Under the pieces are notes generated by a model. It was not told where the DNA came from and searched no databases. It saw only the letters and a program-made list of their open reading frames with translations. The position numbers and the translations under genes are program-made. Shown in pieces: positions 1 through 12,366 of a stretch of 64,000 nt of DNA. Source of the stretch: Botryllus schlosseri (taxonomy: Eukaryota); contig CM119372.1 of the NCBI GenBank assembly GCA_051294905.1, positions 5,768,001 to 5,832,000 on the forward strand, in the 5' to 3' direction. Numbering within the stretch: the stretch's first letter is position 1; the number at the start of each line of letters is the position of its first letter.

Positions 1-338
1 AAGGCTCCACGCAACCATCAGCACTAATATAGGGGTCAGCCTCAGCACTAACAATAAGATTAAGAACGAGATGAAAATTGCGTCAATACCGTTCATTTGG
101 AAATATTGCTTTCTGATGTTTTTCCGATGAGACAAAGTACATGAAGATTTGATGCGATAATATCAGAATGAAACTTGTAGATTTACTAACGTCAGTAGTT
201 TGGTGAGGTTAAGGTCACTTTGTAGAATTTAATCTATCACGAGCATCGCAGAGACCCTCTGTGTTTGTGATAGAAAAAACATGTGCCGAGCTCCCATTCT
301 CATTGAGATATTGTGATATTTCTTGCAATCGATTTCAG

Positions 339-3300
339 ATGTATATATCACGCCGTGTACGACCAACGTTACCGTCAAGATCGGCCAAACTCCCAATTAC
401 CAGATCGCGTTTTGCCACTCATCTTTCCGCGAACGAGATATGGCTTGGTACGAATTTGGCAAACCCGTCTCTACGGATACGTCGCAGCCATTTTATCAAG
501 TGTACGACGTGGGTGGTCCGTCAAACAAATCCTACGTTGCATCGCTGGCGATTTCAAATAGACTGGACCCGTCTTTCCGAATACTCGAATGCCGCGGTGT
601 AAATGACTCGCTGGACGAAGCGCAGGACACCCCGCTCCGTCTGCTCGTGGTAGCTTATGTGGAAGGTACGTTCCTTTTATGATACGAGCATTTCGATCAT
701 GCTGTGGTATGCTCACAGCAATCGCGCTCCGCATTGGGGATAGTGTGAACGAGAGGTTCACGTTCGCGTTGGATTCGTGAGCCTCATAAATTTAGAGGTT
801 CGCGTTTGCCACCGAACCTTAGTGGGTTCTACACTCGGAACCGTTTTCATTTATTACAAATTTCCACGTCATTACAACATCTTTGGTTGGAATTATTTAC
901 ATTTCAACATGGGACCACTCTCTGTCTGCATGGGCAGAATGATTAGAAACCAAGCACTAAACGAGCATGCACCTGGCCAATTTCAAATAGTTCATTTGCT
1001 TTGTTAGAAACGTTTGCTCGAAATAATCAGCTTTCCGTTTCTGAATATTTAGTGACTTCCTGCTGTGGCCCGCAATCACACAACATCAAGATGTAAATAT
1101 ATTACATGTAGCTATAATCGCTGTTAAACTATGCTTAAACAACGAAATTGATTGAATGCATCGTTGTCTAATGTAAAAAGTCTATAGCAGACCTATACGG
1201 GATGTATCTTGATATACGAAATTTATTGTATCATAAATACTGAATCCGTCCGATTGGAGTCTTGGCTGCTGTATATCTTGTTTTTGAGGCAATGTCTGGT
1301 ACAAGTATACAGACCGTCATTTTATATCTGAGTACAATGGCATAATGTGGCCTGAGTCGTCGCTAGATATCGTGTAATATATTAGTCCACGGGAATGTAG
1401 AGTTGAATTAGCATTATGACGTCCGGTGACATAATTGGTTCGTGGTCATGTTTGCTTTCACATAGGCTACCACCATTCAAATACTTTATTAATGCTTTAG
1501 TGTTGCTCACCGTAAGTGGAATTGAACAAATTCTGGTCAACAATTTGCACGACTCGGAAAAAATAGATAGCCTACTTATTTGCCCATCGATATCTTGAAG
1601 CGTTCTGGATATCCCCGTTATTTACCGAGATAGCCATTTCGAAAGTAAGGCAAACAACTAATTACTTCTCTGTTACGCAATTACATATTTGCCCGATTAT
1701 GCAATTCCATTCGGGCCATACTTCGTAGGGGGCTGATGCGACCTATCAATTTTAGATTCTCTCCACACGTACGTCATTGAAATCATAACATTTTGACTGT
1801 TATAATGCGTATCTTATTATTCCCGCAATGGACTTCTATATTTGTATTATGCATCCGTTGAATATTATAGACCTGGCAGGTAATTTCTGTCTTCAGGATC
1901 GGCGAATAACGTAGCCGTTTCTGCGACAAATGAAAATTCAACCGAAGCATTGTGCGTGTCACCAACAGAGTACCCTGTGACGTGGGAGTTCGGGGGCATC
2001 CAGGTTACAACAAACACTGACAGCGGGGTCTATCAGCAGTTGATCAGCAAACATCAACCCTACCATGGAGCGCTTCTGAACTACAAGAATGCGGACGAAA
2101 GCGAATTAGGCTGCTACAGGTGTAAAGCAATCGGGACAAATGATAAATCAGTTTGCGTCAATGTCAAAGAATACGGTACGTTATTCCGCATGTGTGTTTG
2201 GAAACGTATTCGTTGTGACTTTTTTCTGCAGTGCCAGCCAATGTTACGATACATCCCGACGAGAGCTATTTCGAGTTTTATCGCTTGAACGGCTCAGATC
2301 TAAAAATCGACTGCCGTCTCAACGATCACAGACCTTACGAGATCGCATGGTACAAGGGAGATGATCTGGTCGGTAGCGATACGCAATTGACCGTGCATCA
2401 AATTTTGCGAAATCCAGATGAGGCCTCGCTAATCGTAAAAGACGGCGTGGGCTTTACTGATTCGGGAAACTACAGTTGCGTGGCGACTTGGGGTGTGTAC
2501 AGCGATCCCGTTGTGATAGAACTGGATGTGAAAGGTTTGTTAATCTTATAACGCTACACGTCGGTCGATTGATCGTTGTCAGTTTTTTCGGGTTTTGACG
2601 CACATATCTGTGGATTGTAGATCGATATAACGAAATACAGCTTCCTATGTCGAGAATGCATTTTAGAAATTTCAGATTCACGTTTACAAGAAGCGCAAAA
2701 TATTGTCATTGGGATGCCGTAAAACTGCTGATACATGTTCCGGGCTATTTAGCTGCCAGTTACCTAAACTCGGTGTATTCAAAGATAGATACACACTTAT
2801 ACACTAATCTGTCAACAAAGCCAGAATTGGACACATTTTCAGCCTTTCAAAAATATATTAGAATTAGAATTATAAATAAGCAGTTTCTCCCACTTCGATT
2901 AAAATTAGAATTCCTGAATTTGCGAAAACTTGGACGTTGAATCAACTTCAGTTCGTATCACATTATAGTTCGTACTCATGAGCAGGAGAATAGGAAACGT
3001 ATGTGCAGCAAGATAGGCTCGTTTCGAACTATACAGTTTTCTTGTGGCATTTGCAGGAAAACCAGAAATTAGATTAGAATTAAAATTATACCATAGAAAC
3101 ATTTCGCAACTTCGATTAGAATTAGATTACCGGGATTTCGCTAAATCTAGAATTATCTAGCTGTCCAAGTCTGGTCGGAGCTATACCCGCCGTCCACATT
3201 CTCACCATACATGAGAAACGATATCTATAGATAGTTCCAAATAATGTTCGCAATTCGATACATTGAGTTACTGTTTCCTATTTTACGCAGGTAATTTCAA

Positions 3301-6300
3301 CGTCAAGCTATCGCCTGCCATTGACGAGTTATTTGTGATCGGCGACGTATACCCGGGAAGTGTCGACATTCTCTGCTACAGTGAGGCGGACATCGTAGTC
3401 GCGTGGTACTTTGCTGGCGAAATACTGAACAGCAATGCAGCAATCCAGCAATCGAGACACAGTATCAATAAAACCACGATACACATACGAAATGGATTCA
3501 GCGATTCGTCGAGTGGGGTGTATACTTGCCAGCGAACAAACTTTGAAGATAGCAGCGCGGCAGAGTTGAATGTTCAATATTACAATTTCGGTGAGTGCGC
3601 AAGCTGGGACATGTCCTATATTTTCGATTTGACGCAATAGACTTGGTGTTTGGATTGCATCAGTCTTTCCACAATACCGCATTTGCCATGTAACAGTCGA
3701 GGTCCTTAGGTTAATTAGGACGTTCGTATTATTGACAATCTGGAGTGCCTGCATGTAGACGCAGCATATCCTCTGGTTATATCAACACATTCAAGTTTCT
3801 ACCAGAATGTTTCTACTTACCTGAGGCCTGATTAAATGAAGCTGTGTTTGTCTGACAAATAAATGAGTCAAAAGTGGGTGCAAATGTACGTTGTGCTGTC
3901 CGGTAATTTTTCCTTGCTTTTCAAGTCCCAAGCAATATTGTGCTCACGGAATCGTCGGATGATGCCTGGTCCTGGTTCACCGCGTCGGCAAAAGTGTCGG
4001 ATCTGCCTGGGACATCGATCAACTGGTATTTCAATGGAGCTATCGTGTCGACCGACTATGGCGAAGATGCATTCCAGTTAATATATGTCGATGATGGGAT
4101 TGCGTACGCAACGTTGATCATCAACCACCATGCAAACGGCCAGGCATCACTTGGGGAGTATTTTGCAATATCGGCGGACGAAAATACGAAAGCAGCATCA
4201 ACAGTCTCGATCACCTACATAGGTAAGGTGTAGGTGAAGTTTTCTGTCAGAAATTACTCTGTAAACTCTATCGCGAGAGTCGGCATCACAAAGAGATATC
4301 ACTGGGGCGGTGAATACGCCACAGTATCCTTATAATTTTCACCCAGGACACTTCAAAGAATCAATCATACAATCAAAGCACAGATCACGACGGATTCTAA
4401 ATTCGGACAGCGAACTGAACTCCCTCAACTGCTAACTCGGATAGGACGAAATCTTCCACAAAATCTTCCTTTAATGAAATTGCACCTACTGATACCCAGT
4501 TGATTTGGTTGGCTTGAAGTTTAACACCGGAAAAGCAATGATAGCCTCTCTGGTATTGTAAATCAGTGAAATGAATATACATCTGTTCTGCTGTAAACGT
4601 CTTCGCCGATACTATCCACAGTGATACACGAATAAATATTTTCAAATCAAAATTTTTGTCCCAACTGCAAGTCCAAATCCACACTCCAAAATCATTTCGT
4701 ATCAAGTCCAAGCCAGGTATTGACTTGTATTCATTTGAATGTCGCATAAAAAAATAACATTGTTACAAAATTGAAGTTCTAATCCAAAACCAAATCCGAT
4801 TTAATTCGGGTAGAAACCTTCAAATTCGCGTTTTTCCGGATCCAAATTATGATTACATTGCAATCCCTGCTAGATTTCGTTGGATATACATTGCGCGAAG
4901 GATGGCAAGAGGGGGAAAGTTAGCCTACCTGTACCCACATCTGTGGCCGACAATTTCACGACATATCCTGCGTCACATACATATGTTTTCAGGATACACC
5001 AAATTGTCGCTGTCCATAGAAGGGGACAGCTTGCGCATTGCAAGTGGATCAGATCGTACAATCGCATGTCAGGCTTCAGACACTGGTTATAACCTGATTT
5101 GGACAGCTGACGGCAACGCAATTTCCACGTCAGTGTCTTCCCCTGTGTATCAAACCAGTCACAGTCACCAGTCCAAAGCTTTACTGACAGTCCAAAATTT
5201 TGCGACTGTAGCAAATTCAGGACAGTACGCGTGCGAGGTACGTGACTCTCATGGTATTCCGAGCGAAGAGATTTACATACACATTGATCCTGAAGAGGGT
5301 GAGTCAATATGCGTTATACAGCCGAAACATAGCTGTGAATTCAGTCGTGAATTTCCAATAGGGTTGAGCTCCGGCGACACGGCCGCTGTCATACTTGGAC
5401 TCATGCTTTTCGGCGTGCTGATATTTTTAGCACGAAATGTACTTCTACGCACAATCACAGCAATATACCGAAGGTAGCATTACGAAATATGTTTTCAGTT
5501 TGCTATATTGATATAGATAGGCTGTAGCTTACTAGATTGTATGAAAAATTACTGGTCACTCAAATGCCTGCTCCAAACAGATCAATTCTGATGTATTACC
5601 ATACGACAATGGATAGAAATTGAAAATATTAATTTCTCCCATTTAAAATACAAACACGCTTGTACGCTCGTCTGGATTCAAAAAAAAATATGTCAAAAGC
5701 GAGCAGTTCCAAGATTGGTTGCAAGTATTATTCTCTTTCCATTCCCACATGATAATTATTACACACCGTGATTGAAATTTTGCCGTAATGCTACCAACAA
5801 CGCATCCTATATTTAAAATGTATTAAATACATTAGCATCGTTCGGTTTCATGTATACTTTGAACGGACTGTGCCGCAGCCATCATGATTGAGTTTTAGGT
5901 TACATGTGAAAGGTAGCAGATGCGCAATTGTAAAATACATATAGAGGAGATCTGGTGAATTGGTCTTCAATGTTCGGGTATAGTTGTTCATATGACGATG
6001 CGTAGGTTTCTAGGCTATGTAGTATATATAAAGGTTAACGTTTCACTTGGAACAAAATATATTCGTGCTCAACTTTAGATCCAGATAATGCTCTGACTAA
6101 AATAATACTTTTTACATTTGCAGATGCCATAATCCTGTCGATAATAAAGTTGGTGTTGGTGACATCGGTGGGAGTACCATATCCTTGGCAAGGTGCTTCT
6201 ATTTATAACTATCTATGCTCGCCTTATTGAAACATATTATTTCGCCCACTGCCAATGCTTCACCACGGTAAATATTTTCGTATTTGCATTTCCAGTCGCG

Positions 6301-6762
6301 GTGAACCTCCGAATACAGATCTCAATAATACCGATGAAGGTGACACTTCTGTAAACAGGCAAGTTCCTATGTAGAACCTATGATCGCCACGTAGTTGTGT
6401 CCCCAAGAGTGGTAGCTCAAGTGCCGCATACTGAAATTCAGCATAATCTCCTAATCTGGGAATGCGATATTGATAGCCAGGAAGGAGATGAAACTTGATG
6501 AACAGCCTGTTGTCGCGTCGCTTTCGAGTCAGTTGAGTCTTTCGCTATTCGAGAGTTGGGAAATGTCGACGTCATTGACAATGACAATGTCCCGGAAATC
6601 ATTCTGGTATTTCCTTATTCGATGGCACGTAAAGCTACCATACGGTATTATCTTCATTGTTTTGGAAACAGACTATCTCTGCAATCACAGCATCCAAGGT
6701 CCAACTACTTCGTTTTGGGAAAACGAGACAACCCAATCAATTGCTCACAGAACTGCACATAA
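339..6762 (+). CDS. Type-I membrane receptor with six Ig-like domains (5' leader exon not found; cytoplasmic exons tentative)
   Basis: Six phase-1 AG/GT exons, each a multiple of 3 nt: 339-665, 1897-2175, 2232-2534, 3291-3590, 3926-4222, 4993-5298. They show Ig patterns (C..W..DSGNYSC, SGVYTC, SGQYAC, LGCYRC). Transmembrane (TM) exon 5362-5473 reads GLSSGDTAAVILGLMLFGVLIFLARNVLLR. Tentative phase-2 tail exons are 6124-6192, 6296-6358 (GC donor AG|GCAAGT) and 6672-6762 (..PRSNYFVLGK..stop). The ectodomain and TM are well supported; the tail splicing is weak. Confidence 0.8.
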
Positions 6763-7508
6763 TTTTAGAAAAATGTTTTCATATTTTTTCAAATGTAATG
6801 ATCGAGGTGCTCTATTATACCGTATTGCGTATACCGTATACCTGTGAAAGGTGTGATATTTCCAGGCTTACATGTACAGTGTACATTGTACACCCGATCC
6901 GATTCTCTTTTACGATAAAATTATTGCGTGGACGTCCTTGAATATCTCATTTAAGAACGGTGTCACATATTACATAAAACCTATACTTATTCAGTTCTAT
7001 TTTCCAGATGATCTGTTGCCAGCTCGCATGGAAACGGCAACTGTGAATTCTCACCACAATGACAAAACGATTCTTATCACTTTCGTGATATGTACAGTAC
7101 ATTGTACATACCTTCAATACTGTTTTTGATATACCCATCTGATTTTCATGTTCATGACATGCTGTGTTTGGTATGGTTTCGTGACATGCAGAGAGAATCT
7201 GCATCTCAATTTATTGTATAGGCCTATGCAATGTGCAGATTTGGAGATGTAGGCCTACTGGTCGTTAAACGTGATGAAGATACGGTCCAGGCGGTTACTC
7301 GCTATGATTACAGGAGTGTCGAATGTTTTCACCATTCACACATTACCTGATACAGATACCTATAATATGTGCACTGTGCATGAGCCCCCATTCAAATGTT
7401 TAGTATATCAATGTACAGATATAAAATTGATATTGCTGTGAAAGTGCAATTATGGCGAAATAGGCGATCTATTTAGCCTCGTGCCAGCAAATATGGAAGC
7501 ATGTAACA

Positions 7509-8486
7509 CCGTGTTGGGATGACTCCATGAGTCATGACTTGACTCGAGTCACCATTTTCGAATGACTTGACTTGACTCGAGTCACTTTGCTAAAATGACT
7601 TGACTTGACTTGAATCGGCGCTTCAGAAGTGTGGATTGACTCGTGACTCGGAGCAAAATTCACGAGTCAAATTCAAGTCATCAGGTAATCCGTTTCGATA
7701 AAAATCACTGTATCTTCCATATGTTCGGACTTTGGATTGTTCACGAAACTCTGGTGTAACCCACGAGAGCGACCAATCATTCAATGATCGTGCGGTTCAC
7801 TGAGCCTCCATTGCTCTCTCACAAATAAATTGACGGTAAACGAAGTGATCGAAGCTTACATCTTAAGTTGTCGTAAACTAGTGGTAATGTAATATAACAG
7901 CAAAATGTCTATTTCTATTCTCTGTTCTTATCTTAACCAAACCTCTTGTTTTATTGAAATTGAATTCGAATATAGTTTATAGAGTACTCAGCCATTGGCA
8001 CAGACTCGAATTGTATCATATCAATTTGTAAATGGATAATGTATCGCATCTTATCAATTCGTTTCTCTATTCTCTATTCTCTATTTTGGCTGGTAACTAA
8101 TAACTAAGGCTGTGCAATTACTTACGTAATTTAACAGCTCTACGTGTGAGCGATACAGCGCCTTCTTGCGTGTATATTTAACTCTATATTCGCTCATCGA
8201 TTCTGAATCATTGACAACTCAACAACCCGTCTTTCAAACAGCTAGCAACATGCAATAACGTAATCATGCCTCATACTTTGAAAAGGCAACTTGACTTGAA
8301 TTGTGACCTGACTCGTGACTTGACTTGACTTGACTCGACTCGACTCGAGTCACCTCCAAAAATCAAGTGACTTGACTTGACTCGAGTCACCTTCGAAAAG
8401 CGACTGACTTGACTTGACTCGAGTCAAAATGTGCAATGACTCGAAATGACTCGTGACTCGAAGGTAGTGACTTGATCCCAAGACTG
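7509..8486. mobile_element. hAT-type MITE with GACTT/GACTCGAGTC subterminal repeats
   Basis: Terminal inverted repeat (TIR) CCGTGTTGGGA..TCCCAAGACTG; flanks ATGTAACA/ATGTAATA. Second copy in the opposite orientation at 19025-19795. Confidence 0.8.
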
Positions 8487-11132
8487 ATGTAATATCGATG
8501 ACGGTGTCAGATCATCAGTGCATATGGTCAAGCTAGGAGAAACCTTATTATAGAATTCGATATAGTATGCGGTGAAATATTAGATGGCTATACTGCTAGC
8601 GGTTGTAGAAGCGGCATGATAATGAATGTTTCCGAGCAATTACTCAATGTTCTGCGTGGTAGAGTTGGTGCGAACGTTCGGTTTACGTTCGCATTTCCAT
8701 GCCATAACCTCGATAAATCATGAGTTCGCGTTCGCAAACGAATCTGGGTAGGTTCTACACCGTGAACCTGTTAGTACACTGATATCAATTCACTTTCACT
8801 CGCTGTGCTACGAAGGCAGCAAAAACTGAAATTTAACAAAAAACAGGAAATTGTTTGTTTGTTTATTTCATGCATAACAGTGGTGCTTATCACCTATTAC
8901 GGTAATGTGCTCCACATAGATGACTTGGTAACGTTCAGGAATTTTACCATCGTAATATTCCGGACGACATCCACACTCGCGCGCTTCCATTCCGATATCA
9001 GTCACTCTCGGTTCCCTTGCGCCCGGAACTTTATCTTTGCTGTCGACTTTTTTTGGCTCGGCTCACCATCAATCTGCTGTGACAATGGGGTTAGCGATGA
9101 ATAGCCCAGGTAAACGTCAGACACATAGAAGCGTGGCATAGTCGAGACTAGAACCATACACAAAACTAAGATAAATCTTGCGTCGCCAAAACATTGTACT
9201 GCTTTTCGAGACTTAAATCTATTGTAGTCTTTACAATGCGTACGCAGGATCAACGCCTCATCGCGACTTAATCGAAGGGAGCAGAGAAATATGTCACTGC
9301 GGAGGCCTATATGCTGTGGAATATTTTCAGAGCCAATTATGCAACTGGAAGATATTCTTCGCGCTACGCGCGATTTTATGAAAGCTTCCTGATTTTAATA
9401 TAAGTATCATCAGAATTGTGTTAAAAATGGACAGGGGGTACGAGAAATCTTATTGACAGCATACGGGGTACGATCGTTAAAAAGTTTAAGAAACAATGCT
9501 ACTACTATGGCACAATAAATATTATATACAAGTTGGTATTGATCTGTTCTATTGGTCTTATTAACTCTGGCAAAGTCAGTAACAATGGCCTATACTTATC
9601 ACGACTTATCAGAAACCCGGAATAGGCTAAACCACTCTAAGGCTGATATATAAGATCAAACTTCAGTAAATTTTCTACATAAATTGTGGCACGTCAAAGG
9701 TCCACTACTCTAGCTACAATATTTTAACCCGCCGGCTTTTATGATGTCATGACCCGTCCTCTGATGTGATGTCTATAACTCATTACTAAAAAATTAATAA
9801 CAAATCATGCGCTGCACAAAAACAATTTTATTCAAATATTTGTAAATGTGAATGTAAGCGTGAATAGTACAATAGTAAATTACATTTTCACGATGTTTGT
9901 GGAATGCCTGTCTGCAAGGCCTCTTAAAATAAGCCCTACTTGAAAATTATACATTGAATACCCCTATTATTGTTGCTGCAACCCGCGGCGTCATCAAAAG
10001 CTAGGAAATTGTCCCGCGAGCACTTGAGTTTGAGACCTCTGGCATATAGCCACTGTCTTAGTGGTTTATAACTGTATTCTATGGGCTAATCAGCGTAGTT
10101 CATGACAATTCCATTGTTTGCGAATAACGGTGCTTCTACAACAGAACCGCTACGATCCGTAATATAATGCATGCTATTATGGATAGGCTTAATAATGAAG
10201 GATTCCAGAGAAAAACAAATGTGTGGATTTGGAGGTTATTATTATTATTATCAAAGGTTTTCAGTGGCACTTATCACCTGTTAAGGTCTTTCGTGCCACG
10301 GACGCAAATAAGTTCAGGAAATTTCAAAACAAAAAGGCACTCAGCATGACAACGGCTGGATTCCACAGAAAAACAAATGTGTGGATTCGGAGGTAAACAT
10401 TTTGGAATCATTTGACTGGTCCGGCCCGCAAGGTACCAAAAGGTTTGAAGCCGGCCCGCGACCGAAGTTGACTTTGGCACCCCTGGCTTCGAATATCACG
10501 CTCCTTTGCGTTTGTAGTCGTGTTGTGAATAATATAACGACCGTACTGGCCTCATATCTGATGAAATGATACCAATGAGTTCTGTAACAGCCTATATCAG
10601 TGCTTTGCAACCTGTGTGATGGTTCGCACTTGTGCGAATGAAGAAATTTCAGGGCGAATGGGGAATGACAAGCGTGGTGCGAATGATGCGAATGAAAATC
10701 CGGATGAGTGCGAATAAAAATTGTCCATGTTTATCACTTCTTCTGACGTGGAATAATTCCAATAAACTTAATAGGATATTAACCACAATGAGTCCGTAAT
10801 TTTGTAGTTTGGACGCCATTTGATTTTGGAACGCTCCCGATGCGTTCATATTGCGAAGTTTGAGAGAATGTTCCTGCTCGAGAGGACTACGTCACTGTCA
10901 AGAATCACTAGAGGACTACGCGAGAGTACTATGTCACTGCATAGATTAGAAGTGAATGAAGCCTAAGCCTATCCACAAATATCCGTCATCAATTACTCGG
11001 ATTGTGTGGGTTTGTATAGCAATGCATTCCTCTTATTAACGCCCACCTTTCACTATCTAATCATCTATCATACCTTAGTACAGTGAAGCAACTTTTCGAA
11101 TGTTGTCCGAATATGAAGCAAAGCTGCTAGAT

Positions 11133-11619
11133 CAGTGGTTCTTAACTGGAGGTCCGTGAAGCATTTTCAGGGGGTCCGCGAAGATTCTAAATTTGTAACA
11201 TGATTGACAACCTATTTTATATTTTATGTTTTAATCAGGAAAAGCATGAGTCAGTTTCGGTTCGTGATAGCTAAAACTTTAGGACCTCACATCATTGATG
11301 GTCGTCTGATATGAAAATATCCAACTGTGCAAACTCATTTTAATTGTCAAATTGCCAATAACATGCTTATGCAAACATATTGCCGTTTAGAGATGTTTTG
11401 TTGGGGTTCGTGGACAAATGAAATTTTGGAGATAGCAAGGTCAAACAGGGTGACTTCGAAATGCAAAACATTTTGATTTGGAGCTGTCATTCTGAGCAAA
11501 TTAGTTAACAGTCATTGAAATACAATTTTTTTCCGAATCTGTCCGAATGAAGGAATTGTAACCTCGACACGAAATCCATTTTCTCATGTGATATAACCAC
11601 TAAATAACTTCAATATCAC

Positions 11620-11673
<54 letters not shown>

Positions 11674-12366
11674 GGGGGAGAGAGAGAGAGACAGGGAGAG
11701 AGAGAGGGGGAGGGAGGGGGATAGAGCGCGAGAGGGATGATATTCTTTTTCGCCTGCACCATGGGGATGCTTCGACGACAGAGATGCGATACGAGCGTAA
11801 GGTCATCTAGTCCGCACCCCCTTCTTCTCCTCCATGCTATCCGTGGTCGCTGTACGCCGAGCTGAATAGCTGCGGATACCAGTTTTCGAGTCTTTGTTCT
11901 GACCTGGCCTGGGATCAAACCACAACCTACCGGTCGAGAAGCATGACGCATCACCATTACAGATAAAAAGACGATAGGCTGGACGTGATATGTTCATTAA
12001 TAACCGCTGTTATCGGAAGCGTTACGCGTTAATATTACATTCGCCACCAATAAAGCTTTGTGGAAATGGATTCCCGGTACTCATTCATGTCCCATCGAAG
12101 ACGCGGATTTACAAGACAATAAATACAGCTGGAAAATTCCCTTCGAAATAATAAATGTTTCCCAATTTCTACATAGTATGCTGTATTCTTCAAGAAAAGT
12201 CATTATATGGCTGTTTATCACAAACCTATACATTTACTATTTGCATAAAACAGTTTACGGTTGCACGATACAATTGAGCTAACTTTGAACGAAAATTTGA
12301 GGGGGTCCGCGGGGTCCGTGACGGTCCAAAAGGGGTTCGCGAAGACAAAAAGATTCAGAACCACTG
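11133..12366. mobile_element. hAT-type MITE (GGGGTCCGCG family) carrying an inserted SINE-like element
   Basis: TIR CAGTGGTTCTTAAC..TTCAGAACCACTG; internal homology to the copies at 20649, 37663 and 51696. Confidence 0.8.
11619..11962 (-). mobile_element. tRNA-derived SINE-like element with a (TC)n tail
   Basis: Minus-strand head GTAATGGTGATGCG..GGTTTGATCCCAGGCC (pol III A/B-box-like), ending in the (GA)n tract at 11619-11705 on the plus strand. Absent from the other copies of the host MITE. Confidence 0.55.

Noticed and set aside
71..205. Leader exon for the Ig gene (MKIASIPF.. or MKLVDLLTSVV..)
   Set aside because: In-frame stops, or a donor in the wrong phase to join the phase-1 exon at 339.
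11600..11957. ORFs with SLSLSL runs
   Set aside because: Translation of the (GA)n microsatellite.
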